Source: Mantamonas sphyraenae STR306 (lineage: Eukaryota > Protista > CRuMs). From it: 64,000 nucleotides of DNA. A model generated the notes under the pieces. The model ran no database searches. It saw only the letters and a program-made list of their open reading frames with translations, and was not told where the DNA came from. The translations under genes were made by a program, and so were the position numbers. The DNA lies in the NCBI GenBank assembly GCA_026936335.1, contig JAPMXV010000007.1, positions 1 to 64,000 of the forward strand, read 5' to 3'. Of this stretch, positions 33,021 to 46,919 are shown in pieces (position 1 is the first letter of the stretch; each line of letters opens with the position of its first letter).

Positions 33021-35598
33021 ATGTCCCACTCGTTTTCTGCCACCTTCACAAACTCCTTCACAGCGGCCGGAACAGAGCGCGTCTACCCGGGTGTCCTCTC
33101 CGACGAAGACGTGCGACGTAGTCAGTACAACGAGTCGGCCAAGGCCCAGTTTCACTCGCCGCGCAAGGCATGGGGCGCAAGCAACGTCGCCGGTCGGCGC
33201 ACCGTGGGCGGCTCGGGTTCAGGCGCCCCGAGTGCAACCACACCACGCAGCCAAGCCGACGGTGATCGCAACGCCACAAAGGCTGCAGATGGCGACGACG
33301 AATGGGATGACAGTGCCACCGAAGGCATGACCGAAGCCCAGGCAACCATTGCTCGCCTTGAGCACGAAATCCACAGGCTCAAGAACGAGCGAGACCAGCT
33401 GCGTTGGTCTGTGTCTTCCCACGACACGGCCCTGTGGCAAAAGTTTGAGCAAACCAAGCCGCCAGTCGTCCAACCGCCCCAAGGCTGGACCCCCAACCCA
33501 GACCCGGAGACGGCCCAAGAAGAGTTCTTCCGTGCCCTCAACACCCTCAAGAGCGAGCATCTCAAAAATCTCAAGCGCATCGAGAAGCTGTATCAGGAGA
33601 CAGGCAAGCCCGGGGACGTGGAGAAGCACGCCAAGGCTGCCGCGGAAAAGACTCGGTCAGTTTGACACGCTCAGCGTGTGAGAATTTTGTCAGCCGGGTA
33701 ACGGCTCGTTTTCGAATTCGCTCCGCCGGCACACACCCCGAGCCTGAGACACATTTTGCCCCTCGCCCGGTTGTTCTGGTATGAGCCCTTGCATGGTGAA
33801 TACCTCTGCTGACACTTGTTGTTCTCCCGTGCTTCCTTCCACCCACAGCATCAGCGAAAAGCTCGAGACCAAGCGACGAATCCGTCAGCGCGAAGCCGAA
33901 ATCGAAAAGGCGCTCATGTCGTCGTCGCTGCACCATGCCATGGCCGATTCCGTCACCAACAAGTACCATTTTGTGCACGACGAGAACGACGACGAGTCGT
34001 CCAGCGACAGTGACAACGACGAAGAGGACAACCTGGACGGCGGCCCCCTGTCCGACGACGAGCAGGGCCGTACACGCCCTCGTTCAGCCTACGCTCGCTC
34101 GCGCTACGGTCGTAGCGGCACAGGCACAGGTGGCCGCCCAAGCACTGCCAGCGCATACGGTCGCACCCGCCGATACGACGACGGCACCTTTGGCAATCCA
34201 CCGCGCACCACAGGCTCACGCTACGGTGCATACAAGAACCTGGAGCGACAGGACCTGCCCGAATCCATGCGTCAAACCTACGACTCGCGCTACTTTGAGG
34301 AGCAGCGACGCAGACGCCGCCAGCAGGAGAAGCGCAAGCCGCGCATCACCATCCCCAAGCCTTTTTCCTTTGAAGAGCGCGAGAACAGGCGTGGAAAGAG
34401 CCTTGCGCAGAGGCGCTTTGAAGAAGAGATGGAGCAGAAGCGGATGGAGGAGGAACGTGAGCTGAACTACCGCTTTGTGGCCGAGCCCGTGCCCGAAACC
34501 TCCTTGGTACCCAAATACCACCAAATGCAGGAGGAACGCGAAAACAGGCGCCGCGAAAACAAGCGCATGTCCTACGAGATCACGAAATCGCGCGAGAAGC
34601 CCTTTAGCTTCTACGAGCGCGACCTGGAGATGGAAAAGGACAAGCAAGAGACCCTGCGCAGACTGCGCAAGGAACGCGAGGAGATGGAGGCAAAGCAGCT
34701 GGAAAAGGGCAACTTTAGGGCCAATCGTATCCCCAGGCATGTCTCGGAGCCTCGCTTTGAGCTTATGCAGATGCAGGAGGAGGAGCGCAAGCAGCGAATC
34801 AACCAGGCCGCTCAGGAGCGTCTGCGACAAGCTTCGCTGCCGCCACGTATGGAGATGTGGGAGCACACGCAACAGGCCAAGAAACCCGTGGACGACGAGC
34901 CCACCTTCCGGCCGCAGATCAACGAACACACTCTGGATTTCGAAAAGCTGCACCGCGAGTTTGAGGCCGAGCTGGCTCGCAAGAAGCAGCAGTTCCGCCG
35001 CACGGAAATCAAAGAGTTCACCATGCGCACGGGCAAGAACATGGACGCGCGCAAGGAGCGTCTGGAGGCCAAGAAACGCGAGGAAGAGCTCGAACGCGAG
35101 TTGAAGGAGCAGCAAGAAAAGTGGGAGCGCGACCGTATGATCCGCAAGCTGCAGGCCCAAGCCGAAAAGGCTGAGCCCAAGATGACCCGGCTCACTCAAT
35201 ACAAGATCGAGGAGGCCAAGCGTCGCAAGGAGGAGGAGGACCGCAAAGAGAAGGAGAAGAAGGAGAAAGAGATGGCACGCAAGAACAAGAAGCGCAATGT
35301 GTCCGAGCGCGTGTCGAGCTCGCTCATCGACCGCACAAAGGACCTCGAGCTACGCAAAGAGCAACAGCGCCAGGCCAAGATGGAAGAGCGCCGGCAGCAG
35401 GAAGAGGAATACCAGCAGTACCTGGCCGATATGCAGGAACGCATCAACAACCGCCCGCTGCTCCTCAAGCAGATGGAGATCGACGCAGAGAAGAAGGCGG
35501 CTCAGGAGAGGTACAACCAGAAGATTCGGGCCTCGGGCATCGATTTTCAAGAGTACTTGCGCGAAGAGGAGGACGCAATGCTCAAGGACTACGACTGA
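33021..35598 (+). CDS. FAM161: FAM161 (UPF0564) family centriole/cilium microtubule-binding protein
   Basis: Exon 1 to 33655, intron 33656..33848, exon 2 to 35598. Motifs ITIPKPFSFEERE, FVAEPVP, SREKPFSFYERD, FRANRIP, ASLPPRM, FRPQIN, DFEKLH, RINNRPLL. Start 32991 or 33021. Confidence 0.85.
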
Positions 35599-35713
35599 GC
35601 AAACCAGTGCACCAATGCAGCCCTTTTCCCATCCACCCACCCATTCATGTGTCAATTGTGCTCATGTCCGTCAACGTGTCAACATTCCGTGCATCCCGCA
35701 TCCCCGCAACCTC

Positions 35714-36838
35714 TCAATACTCAATCAGCGGCTCACCAACCTCGGTGAGCTTGGAAATGTTGCACTTGAGATCAAAGACCCGGCTGAGCACAATCTTGAA
35801 GATCTTGCTCACGTTGATGGAGTGGCTGGTGGAGCAGAAGATCAGCGGCGCCTTCATGGCCTTGGCAAACTTGCGTGCCTGCTTGGTGATCTCTGCCTGG
35901 TCTTCAAAATCCATCGAGGCAAAGGTGTCGTACTTGGTGCCCACCAGGAATGGGATGGCACTCTTGTTGAAGCCGCGAGCCTGGCGGTACCAATCGCGAA
36001 CGGAATTCAAAGTGCTCTTGCGGCTCAGATCAAACATAAACAGGATGGCCACGGCGTCGTTGCACACCAGCGGCAGCATGTTGACAAACTCGCGTTGTCC
36101 TGTGTCGCACCACACGTGTCAGTGACCCGCCTGCCGCCGAAAACGCGCCGACCACGCCGCCGTCTTGGCTGGAAACTCACCTCCCAGATCCCAGATGCTG
36201 AACGTGATCTCGCTGTTGCGGATGTTGACGCTCTTTTCCATAAAGTTCACACCTGCGATTGGACATAAGTGTGCAACGTGTATGCGTAGCGCTGCGTCAG
36301 CTTCTCCTCCCGCCCCTGCACGACGCCCACGCCCACAGGAAACACGCGCCGAGCAAGGAGGGCATTTCCCGACCCTCTCGCGCCGTCGCGAAGCCTCCTC
36401 CTTTTGACCTCGCCCGCCGGCTCCTGGCGACACGTCTTTGCGCACAAATGCAATGCACGGCATCAAGGGCCACCCTTCTCCTCACTCTATGCATCACCTC
36501 CGTCTCATGGCCACGCATCACCGTGTGCCGAGCCCTTTTGCAAACCTACCGAGTGTCTGGATATAATCTTCGTCAAACTGGCCCTCGACATACTTGACCA
36601 TCAGCGAGGTCTTGCCAATTTGTGAGTCGCCCACCATGCCCACCTTGAGCACCACCGAGTTCTTCTTGTCGTCTCCTTTGCTGCTGGACAGCTTGCTCGA
36701 CTTTTTGCTGCTCTTCTTTTCCTCCTTGCCCGACTTGCCACTCTCCTGCGACGACTCTTCCTCCGTCGAGCTTGTTTGAGTCTCCTCCTCCTCTTCACCC
36801 GCCTTCTCAGTGTCCTCCTTGGTGTCCCTTTCGCTCAT
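35714..36838 (-). CDS. SPG1: Tem1/Spg1 small GTPase (mitotic exit / septation initiation network)
   Basis: Exons 36838..36550, 36252..36181, 36099..35714. [75 protein letters not shown]. Confidence 0.97.
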
Positions 36839-36928
36839 GGAGATGCGCGCTTGCCTGCTGAGGACGTTTGGCCTCGACTGCGCCGCCCCGGCCACCCCGA
36901 CACACCACCAAGCCACCACTCCGCAACC

Positions 36929-39230
36929 ATGGATGACGTCGACGGCATCCTCATTCTCTCTCTGAAGCAGGTCGGCTGGTACGTTCCGTGTCCCCCTGTC
37001 ATGCTCATGTCCACAAAGCTCGCCAGGTTGACACAACACACACAACGCTCTCCCGTTCACACACATCCCACAGCAAAGTCGACGCAGCCTCCTTTGCCGA
37101 ATTCCAGGCTGCAGACGTCGTTGCCTGCTCTGCTACAGCCCTGCAGATCATCGACAAGGACATGGTTTTCAACAAGACCCTGCCCCAGGGTGTCGGTGCA
37201 CAAAACCGCCTGTGCAACAGCCTCGCCAACGCTTGCAAGCGCCTCGGCTATCGTGGCCAGGTCGGCTTCGACACCTTTATGCTGCCCACCGAGAAAACCA
37301 CTCGTGAGCTCTTTATGTGGATGGTCGAGAAGCTGCCCACACAGACCGAGGACGACGGCGCCGCTGCCGAAGCGTTGAGTAAGTGGTGTCCGATTCTGAA
37401 AAGGCCCTCCCTCTTCCAGTTCACCTTGCCCTTGTGTGCTCTTCTCCCCTCCGCATGCACACTATGCACGCATCCCCACACGCTCCTCCATACTCTCCGT
37501 CAACTCCACCACCATGCTCACCTCTCCTCCCTCTCCCCACCCTTCTCGTCGACCCCCAGGCGGAACCGACGCAACCAATTCCATGATCCACGCCCGCCTC
37601 TCGCAGCTTCACGACGCCTTTTGGAGTCCCGCCAACCTGCGCAAGCCCGCGCGCATCACAGGCAACAACGTCCTTGGCGTTAAGCACTTTTCCTCCTCCT
37701 CTCTTCATGCCCCAGGCTCCAGCTCCTCCGAGCAGGGTACGTTTTCGCCTGCTCCCACTCTCCATCATGTCCCCCGTTCTCACCCCCTCATCTCTCCCCT
37801 CTCCCTCCCCAACCCTCTCTTGTGCCTTTTACCACAGCTCGCTACCATCGCATCCACATGCCCAAGGTCACCGCCCAACCTCCTCGTCGCCGCCAAATCG
37901 CCCCTTCCCTCCTCAACCACACCCGCAAACAACTCGTCAAGCAGACCGAGGCCGAAGCTCTAGGTGGTGGCGTCGATGGAGACCAGCGCGAGTACGCAAA
38001 GAACGTTGCTGCCCTCAAGGCCAAGGTCGGCAAGATTACCGCCCAGGCCCTACGCGCTGCCCTCAGCTCAAGCTCCGCAAAGAGCTCAAACTCCCTCAAC
38101 GACATCCTTGCCGCCAGTGCTGCACGTGCAAAGAACACAAACGCCTCACTCTTTGCCAACACCTCCGACTTTGTCAACAAACAGGACGACGACACCACCA
38201 CCTCCTCCTCCGAGGGCCCCGCAGAGAGTGCAGAAGATAAGGAAGAGCAACTCCGCGTAAGTTTCACATCGCCAGCAACCCTCTCCTCGCAGGAGACGCT
38301 GACACTGACTCCCCTGTTTCGCTCGCACAGCGCCAACGCGAAGAGGAAATCAACTCTCTCGAGTCCGAGCTGCAGGAGCTCAAGGACAACACCGCCCAGT
38401 TTCTCAAGGAGATCGAAACCTTCAAGGCGTCCTTGCGCAATATCGAAGACCAGTGGAACGTGGAGGAAGCCCGCCAGCCCAAGCTCGAAGCGGAGTACAC
38501 TCTCCTCAAAGAGGTGTTTGACAAGCTCCCCGAGGCCGACAAATACATGGCCGAGCTGCAGGAGCTCAATCAGGCCGCCGCCGAGGATCTGCTCAACATG
38601 GCCGAGGAGTGGGAGCAACGTCGAGAGCCGGCCATTGCCGAGTATCGCAACCAACGCAAGGCTGCCGAGAACAAGCAGAAGGACTGGAAGCGCATGGTGG
38701 GAGAGGTGAAAGGGATGCGTGAGCAGATCAAGCAGTACCTCGAAGACATCCACGAACGAGAAGACAGGTACAAGAAGCTCTACGCTGCCTACGAGCCCAT
38801 GCCCAAAGACGTCAACCGCGCTACCTACACCCGCAAGATCCACGAGATTGTCAAGAACGTACGCAAACAGAAGCTCGCCATCGACCAGATCCTCTCCGAC
38901 TGGCGTGAGCTGCAGAAGGACATCAACACCCTCGGCGAGACCCTCGGACGTGTGTACCACGAAACCGAGGACTACGTGTTCACCATCGCCAAACAAGACC
39001 CGTCCGCGACCGCCATCTACAAGGGCATCACCAAGCTCCACCAGCACTTTGCAGACGTCATCGACGCCGTGGAGGCAACCGGCCAAGCAGAGATCCAGTG
39101 CCGCAACCTCCAGGCCCAGATCGAGGCTGTCGAGAGCCGCATGAGCTCCCTCAACTCCGAACGCCTGGTTTCCGACCTCAAGCAGATCAAGAAGGAGAAC
39201 GAAGGCCTCATGGCCAAACTGCACCGTTGA
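36929..39230 (+). CDS. CCDC22: CCC/Commander complex subunit CCDC22
   Basis: Five exons with phase-consistent GT-AG introns. [73 protein letters not shown]. Confidence 0.93.
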
Positions 39231-39434
39231 GGTGGGAGGGAAAACGTTCGTTTTGGAACGAAAAAAGTGCCCGCGGCGCCTTCCGCTGCAAGCCAAATTT
39301 CGCCTAGCGGCCCCAATTTATTACCCTCACCCACTGTTTGCAAGCTCCGTCTCGACCCTTGCATGCAACCCAACCAATCCCAGGATTACGCCGACGCACA
39401 GAGGCGCCACCATTGGAAAACCACTTCCACGGAG

Positions 39435-42400
39435 ATGCACAGCTCAGGCGTCCGCAGCAGCGCCCCTACCAGTCCTCGACGCACCAGGAGCCCGCTGATG
39501 TCCACAACCTCCTCGAACGCCCGTATGGCGGCCAGCAGGTCAGAGGCAACCACCCCTGTGGAGAACAGGCTTCACGACTCGTCACAACAAGACTTTTTTA
39601 ACCAGCAGCTCGTGGCCTCCCTTCTAACAATCACCAACGGTACGTTTGCTTGGGTGTCCTGTCCCCGTCTGTGCCTGCCCGGCCTACCCTCCCACATCGC
39701 CCATGCGTCCGACACATTGTCCCTCTTGTGGGCCCCGGTTTTTTTTTCCGGTCCGCGAAGGCCAAAGCCAAAACACGCCGCCCAAAAACCCAAACACCTT
39801 GCCCCCCCGTGTTACACACGCCACACCTGCCCGTGATTGTTTGATCGTTTCCTCCACGCGTGTACTTCTCGTCCATAATCTGCTTGCCATGTGCTATGCC
39901 GACGTGGATCGTCCACAATCGTCCGTGGCAAGGGAAAGTGGAACGCGATGCCCAGCGACGAAGGCTCTCCAAGTTTCTCGAACTTCGCTGACCCTATCCA
40001 TCGTGCACCGCAAACACCCACCCTACCGCGTCGATGCACATTACAGAGGGCGATGCGCACGAGCCCCACGGTACAAACGAGCGATGGAGCGCAGCTGGCT
40101 CGGACGAGAGTCTTGGCAGAGAACCGTCGTCGGGCGCCCAATCGCCACTGCGGCTGCGCACGCTTAGCTGGTACGATCAGCCAGGCCCAGGCCATGCATC
40201 GACCACCGCAGGGGATAGCAGCGAACACACCAGTCCCCAACAGGGTCTCTTTCCAGACGCAGACATCATCAACAATCTGGATGACACGGTCGTCAGCGGA
40301 AACCTCTTTAGCACAAACCTCAATCTCGCAAACATCCACCCCATCGACCCAATGGCCAAGGCGGGCTTTTATACAGAGCACACCTCGCCAAACCGCTCGC
40401 GCCACATCATCTTCAACTCGTACGGCCAGTACGGAAGTCACAGCGCGCCAATCTCCCTCAACACAAGCCCCATCCACTCTCCGTCCTCCTCCAGCCGCTC
40501 CTCTCCGGTCAGCAACCATCTTCACCACACACAGCAAATGTTTGGCAAAGAGCGCAAGTCGAATCTCAGCTTCCAGCCTCCCCCCGGTTTCGCAAGCGAC
40601 GAGAGCTCCACCTTTTTCTCCACAGTTCAATCATCCCACCACAGCGAGTCTGAAGCCTCCACCGAGACATACTTCTCCCGTCTGCAGGAACGTGTCGAGG
40701 TCCTCGTCAGCTCCGTCACAGACCAAAACGCAGCCGTGCACACCCAGTACGACACGCGCGACAGCTCCACTCCCGTGCGCCAACGAGACTCTAATTCGGT
40801 GTCCCCGCCGGCGTCCCCCACCATGGCCACTTCATCCTCCTCCATTTCCACATCCTCTACCGCCTCGTCCGTGGTCCAGTCCACCCTTGTCCTTCCGGAA
40901 GACTCCTCTCAACCGCGAATCCTCAAGAAGAACGCCAGCGGCAGCAGTACCGCCTCTGGCATGAGCATCAGCACGCTGGACACCGCTGACGACACACGAG
41001 AACATCCCAACGGTGAAAAGCCCAACCGCACCCTGTTTGTGAGGCAGATCTCCAGCGAGACTCCAGACGACGAGCTCATGGAGGCCTTTGCGCGCTATGG
41101 CGACGTGCGCAGGCTGTACACCAAACCCAAGGTGCGTGGCTTCATCATGGTCTCCTACTTTGACAAGCGCGACGCTTCACGCGCAGCAAAGGCCATGCAG
41201 GAAGAAAATGAGCGCGGCCTCACAGATATGGACGTCCACTTTTCCATCCCCAAGGAAAACGCTTCGGAGAAGGAGAAGCACCACGGCGTCGTGTGCATCC
41301 AATGCCCTCCAAACACGTCCACCAAGCGTGTCCAACAGCTGTGCCAGGCCCACGGCGACGTCGAGACCATCAGCAACGAGGGCAAGGGGTTGTTCTTTGT
41401 CGAGTTTTTTGACATCCGCGAGGCAGACTCGGCCAAGCAGGCCCTGCACAAGAGCCGACTTGAAGGCCGCAAAATCACTGCGGAACACCTTTGGGTGCGC
41501 AACCAGCGCCTCCGCCAGCAGGATCAGCAAAAGCGCAAGAACACACCCGATCGGTCGGGCGCACGCACCAACAGGCAGACCCCGACACAACCTCAGCAAA
41601 ACCGGCACTCCAGTCCCATCCAGCGCATCGGCCAACAGCAGCAACAATGGTCGCAATCGTGGCCCCAACAACATCAACAACAGCAGACATGGCCACAGCA
41701 GGGACAGGAAATGCCAAGCAGCACCACCGGCATCAGCAGCGTATTTGCCACAAACAATCCCTTTGCAGGCTCCCTGGCAGGTATTCCCTTGCTGAGTCAA
41801 CCTCAAATCTTTCGCAACGAGCGCGGTGACGTGTACATGGTTCACCAGGGAGAAGGTAACCAGCCGATGATGTTCCAGATGACACCGGTGACAGCAACCG
41901 GTGCAGGCATCTGGAGCGACTCCTCCCCCGCTGCGTCCTTCACCGCAGACGACCAGTTCTCCTCTTCGGGTTCCGGCCTCTTTGGCACGTCTACTACCGT
42001 GTCTACAGCTTCATCCATGTCCACATCGTCGTCAGCGTCGTCCGGCGACGGCAATGTGAACAACAACACCCAGTCGTCCAGCAGCTCCAAGGCAACCACC
42101 ACCAGCAAGGCAGACTCTGCAAGCACCACCAGTAGCCAAAAGGCAAGCTTTGAGCTGGACCTCATGAGCATCATGCGAGGCATCGACTCACGCACCACGC
42201 TCATGATCAAGAACATTCCGAACAAGTACACGCGCGCCATGCTCAAGGAGGACATCGACGAGGAGTTTGCAGGCACCTACGACTTTGTCTACCTTCCTGT
42301 GGATTTCAAGCACAACTACAACCGTGGCTACGCCTTTATTAACTTCATCAACCACGAAACCATCGTGCCGTTCCACGGTCGCTTTGAACGCAGCAAGTGG

Positions 42401-42652
42401 AACCGGTTCAACAGCGAAAAGAAGTGCCACCTCACGTACGGTCGCATCCAGGGCAAGCAACCACTGATTGACCACTTCCAGAATAGCAACAATGCCCTGT
42501 ATGCAGATGACGAGAGCGAGTTTGGTCCTCTCATTTTCTATTCCAGTGGCGATCGCAAGGGGCAGCCGCAGCCGTTTCCGTTCCGAATAGGAAGCACCAA
42601 TGATGACTCTGTCACCACGTCGTCCAGTGAGGAGAAAGGGGATGGGACGTGA
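39435..42652 (+). CDS. Mei2-like RNA-binding protein (three RRMs)
   Basis: RRM1 PNRTLFVRQI...RGFIMVSYFDKRDA, RRM2 FFVEFFDIREA, diagnostic RRM3 DSRTTLMIKNIPNKYT...YDFVYLPVDF...GYAFINF. Exon 1 (39435..39639) and intron 39640..40046 are inferred. Confidence 0.9.
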
Positions 42653-42683
42653 GAATGAACAAAGACGAAGCGCAGCTCCAGAT

Positions 42684-45600
42684 TCATTTCTTTCGCTTCT
42701 TGTTCATGCGGTCCAAGTTGTTCAACGAGGCCTGCTGTGACTCCAGCATGCCCAGAATCTCCTTGCGCTTGCGCTCGTTCTCGCGGCGGTTTGCCGTGGC
42801 CTCCTTGATGCGCTCTGTCTGAACAAACTCCGTGTCCTTGCGCAGTTCCCTGTACGCTCCTTTGAGTTCTTTGTTGCGCATGCGTCGCAGCTTCCTCTCC
42901 TCTGCTCGCAGGGTGTCCGGGTCGTAGTTGACCATCGGGTTGAACTCGTCCTCGAAGCGCGGGTTGAACTGCTTCAACGCGACCGGCTTGACATCCAACA
43001 AACGCAGCTTGCGCCTCTTGCGGCTCACCTCATGCAGCAACGCATCCACCGTCTGCACACAATCCTTGATCTGTGAGCGCAGCTGCTTGGGCATGCGCTT
43101 GCCCTGCTTGTTGTAGGCCATCTGCAAGGTGGCACGCAAGGGTGCAAACACCGCAGAGTATCCTGCACTTGCCGCTGCGTTCTCCCCGTTCAAATGCAGC
43201 TTTGCAAACCGCGTCACAAGCTCCACCGCCATCGATGACACGTCAAGACGCAGCTGATCCGACCCAGCCAGATACTTGCGCTGCGCCTGGGCGTCCGCAT
43301 CATCTGCTTCAACGTCGCGCAATGCGTGCAGGCATCGCCACGGCACGCGCTGTGCACTCAATTTCGAGCTCTTTTTGGCGTAGTCGCAATGCAGCCAGCT
43401 GTTATCGGTGGCGCCAAACGTGTGCAGCGGAGTGCGTGCAAACTTGGACGACTGCGGTGCCGCTCCGTTGTCATCACCTGCCTTTGTCTTGCCCTTTGCC
43501 TTTTTGCCCTTGCCCTTGCCCTTGCCCTTGCCCTTGCCTTTGTTGCTGCTGCTGCTGCTACTGCTGCTGCTGGAAGCATCCTCGTCATCCTCCTCCTCTG
43601 TGCCTGCGTTGAGCGAGAGCAGGAGCGAGTGCAAAAAGTTCACCGCCTCGGGGCTGTATCGATGGCCCTCAGCCACGAACCTGTACATGATGGAGCAGCA
43701 ACGCATTCCCAGGAGCAGATCGCGAGTGGTGCGCACGGGAGCCTGCGCAAGCACCTGAGCCACCAGCATCGTCGCCGGGGTCACCACGGCGTGCTGATAG
43801 TCGGACGTCGGAAACACACGCGCAACCAGCTCTAGCAGAACCACCACGCGCAGACTTGGCCAACATGTCTTGCTCTGGGAATCCTTCAGCGACGCCAGAC
43901 GCTTCAGCAACGCATCGTGAGCAACCAGCAGGTGTTCGCGAAACACACGCGACAAAGCAGCCGGGCTCTCTGCACCCAGCTGGTAGATGTGTTTACCCGT
44001 CACATTGAGCGCGTCCATGTCCTCCTCAGTCACTGTGTTGCCCATGAACACGTAGTGTTGCACAAGCACCTCCAGAAGTGTATCCAGCTTGCTTCTGTTC
44101 TCCGCGGCCAGGCTCACGTGTGTACAGATGCGAATACGCTCCAGCACCAGGTCCTGTTCCTCTGCACTGCGCCCTTCAAAGTACCCCAGCAACTGCTCGT
44201 GCTCTGTGGGGCAGTCAAACACGTACGGGACCTCCCGCGACGCCTGCTCAGCCTCCAGCAGCCGCTCCTTCCTCTGTGCCATCTCTTCAGACAGCTTGAT
44301 CCGCTGCTTGCCCTTGCTCTGCGTCGTATCCTCCTCCTCCATGGAATCGTCATCGTCCTCATTCTCGTCGTCCTCCTCAGCCTCCTCGTCCTCTTCGGCC
44401 AGCGCCTGTGCAATGGTTTCCCGCTGCTGGTCTTCATCCTCCTCATCATCCGAGTCCGACTCCTCGTCCGAGTCCCTCGCGGCGCGTGTGTTGCGCGCGT
44501 GTGCCTCACGCAATCGCTTGTTCTCCTCCTCCGCACGCTTTGCCGCATCTGCTGCCTGCCGTTCCGCCTTCTTCATCAGTCGCTTCAGTTTCTTGCTATT
44601 CTTCTTCAGCTTCTTGTTGGCCTTCAGCTTGGCAATTTGTCTGCGCAGCGCGAGCGAGACACCCAGCTCATCCACCGCGCCGTCGTCTTCCTCCTCGCCG
44701 TCCTCCAAGCCTCCTTGCGCAAACGAACTCGGCAAGGCCTCTCCCTCCAGAAGCATGTTTGTGTGGAGATCGTCGTCCGTCACCCGCTGCCCCTGGGCCT
44801 CGGCCCTCCTGAGACTGAGATTGCCATGCCGATCCTGCTCAAAGGCGTCCGGACGCATGCGTCGCTGCCTGTCCCGCTCCATGCGTTGCAGCCGCTGCAT
44901 TTGCTCCTGTGCCAGCTCCTCTGGCGACAGCAATCTCTTGCTGGCTGTGGCCAGACGCTCGCCCTTGACGCTGGCAATGTACTTGTCGTAGCTTTCGCTC
45001 GTCGCCGCCTGTGCCGCAGCAATGTCCATTCCTGACCCGCTTGCGCCGCCCACACTGATGCTGTTGCTTCCAGAGCTGTACTGAGAAAGCACAGGGTCGT
45101 TGCGAGCTCGGCCACTCTCGCTGTTGTTGTTTGTGTTTGCGTGCCTGTATGTCGTGGCCGTCTGACGTGCCATGTCCACGTGTCGCTGACGCGCAAGCAT
45201 GTCTTGGTACAACTTGTCCAGGTGGCTTTGGTACGCACTGCGTGTCTCCTTGCTCTTGTCATCCTCCGCCGCCTTTGCGCTTGCGTCGCCCCCTTCCTCC
45301 TCCTTCTGCTTGCGCTGCGACGCCGTGTCGCTGCGTGCATTGGCTGCCATCATTGCCTCGCGAATCTCCTGGAATTCGCTGTCCACCTCGTCCTTGGCCT
45401 TCTCTTCGGCCATCTTTTCACGATGACGATCGGCGCGGCCCTGTTTGCTCTTGGCCATGATTTCCTGGTACACCTCGGCCTTGGACTTTTCCGTGCGCTC
45501 CTGTCCCTCGCCCTCCGCCTCATCCTCACCCTCGTCCTCGTCGTCAAAGCCTCCAAAGTGGCGCTGGCCGACCACATCCTCGGGAATGGAGCCCTTGAGC

Positions 45601-46426
45601 AGAGCAAAGCGACGGATTTCGTCTTTGCTCAGACCGCTCTCACGCATGTCCTTCACAGTCTCCTTGTCCAAGCGCACCTCGTCGTCGTCCGATGGCACAA
45701 AGTCGTCCGTGGCATCCAATTGCGACAGTGGTTTGCCCATGTGCGTCAGGCCGCCGTCGCGGTGAGTGTCGGCAGAACTGGCAAAGCCGCCCAGCAGCTC
45801 GTCGTCCTCGTCATCGTCCAGGTTGAACATGGACTTCTTGGCACGCTTCTGCAAAGAGGTATGTGGTGTGAGTCGAGGCGCAGGGACGCTGTTTGCGGGC
45901 TGTGTGCATGGGTGTATGGGAAGCAAGGTCCGTCGCGGACGGTCAAGGCACGCATGCGATGTCGCCGAAACCCACCATGCGCTCTTTCTGGAACCGCATC
46001 AGCATCTTTTCCTCCACAGACATGCTTGTGTCGCCCTCGCCAAAGCGACGGTCGTCAAATACATTCACTTTGCCGTGGTTCTTCAGTTCTGTGCCCAGCG
46101 TTTGCTTGCGCTGCAAAATCCGCACCGAGACGCGTGAGTTGCGCTCTCCCCGTGTCAGTGTTTGTACCGCGTGTGTGTGTGTGTGCACAGTGAACTCGGT
46201 GCACTTGCGGTGCCGTGGGTCAAGTGTGTGTCGCCTTCCCACATACCTCTTCAAACGCCTTGCTGCGAGCTTGGCCGATTTTGTGCTCGGCTCCCTTCAG
46301 CTTCTGACCCACGACCGTGTGCTTGCGCCTGATTTTGCGTCGCTCAAACGGGTTGAGGTTGTCCTCATCCTGGTTGTGCTTGTCCGCATTCTTCTTGCGC
46401 CTCAACACCGTCCCTTTCTTGCCCAT
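42684..46426 (-). CDS. NOP14: Nucleolar protein NOP14
   Basis: Exons 46426..46247, 46110..45976, 45848..42684. NPFE, FDDRRFGE, LMRFQKER, LTHMGKPL, HFGG, KSKAEVYQEIMAKSK, FPTSDYQHAVVTPA, ELKGAYRELRKD. Confidence 0.96.
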
Positions 46427-46524
46427 GGTTGCGTTGTCGCCGTCCGTGCGGCTGTGGCCGCAACGCATCCAACACCATGTCGCCCGGACAATCAGGGCTG
46501 GAGCCTGTGCCCAGAGACCAGACA

Positions 46525-46872
46525 ATGTCGTGTGACGACACTGTGGCTGCGCTGACAGGTTGGGCAGCCGTCGGCGGAGGCGTAACCTCGTTTGCGGCGG
46601 CGTCGATTCACTACGGTGCGCTCTTTGTTCCCTCCCTCCACCCGTGGCGTCCAGTCATGCTCGGCACTAACACGACTGTTGCGCCTGTCCATACGAAATG
46701 GTACACACGCACGTGCCCCCAACACGCCTGTGGGGATCGTCCAGGCGAGCATATGCGTCCCGTTCGCGGACTGCAATGGTGTGTGCTGGGTGCGGCGATT
46801 GCTGGTGTGGTATCCAACGTGGTGTCCCAACAAGTGCAGCCAGTGTGTGTGTATGAACGGCGGAACAAGTGA
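46525..46872 (+). CDS. Hypothetical small membrane protein (about 115 aa)
   Basis: ATG-started ORF filling an otherwise unusually large gap between NOP14 and ZNHIT3; two Gly/Ala-rich hydrophobic segments. The exon structure is uncertain. Confidence 0.4.
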   Translation: MSCDDTVAALTGWAAVGGGVTSFAAASIHYGALFVPSLHPWRPVMLGTNTTVAPVHTKWYTRTCPQHACGDRPGEHMRPVRGLQWCVLGAAIAGVVSNVVSQQVQPVCVYERRNK

Positions 46873-46919
46873 GGCTGCGGCCAAAGGGTGGGGATGCGCC
46901 AGCGAGGCCAGCTCCAGCC

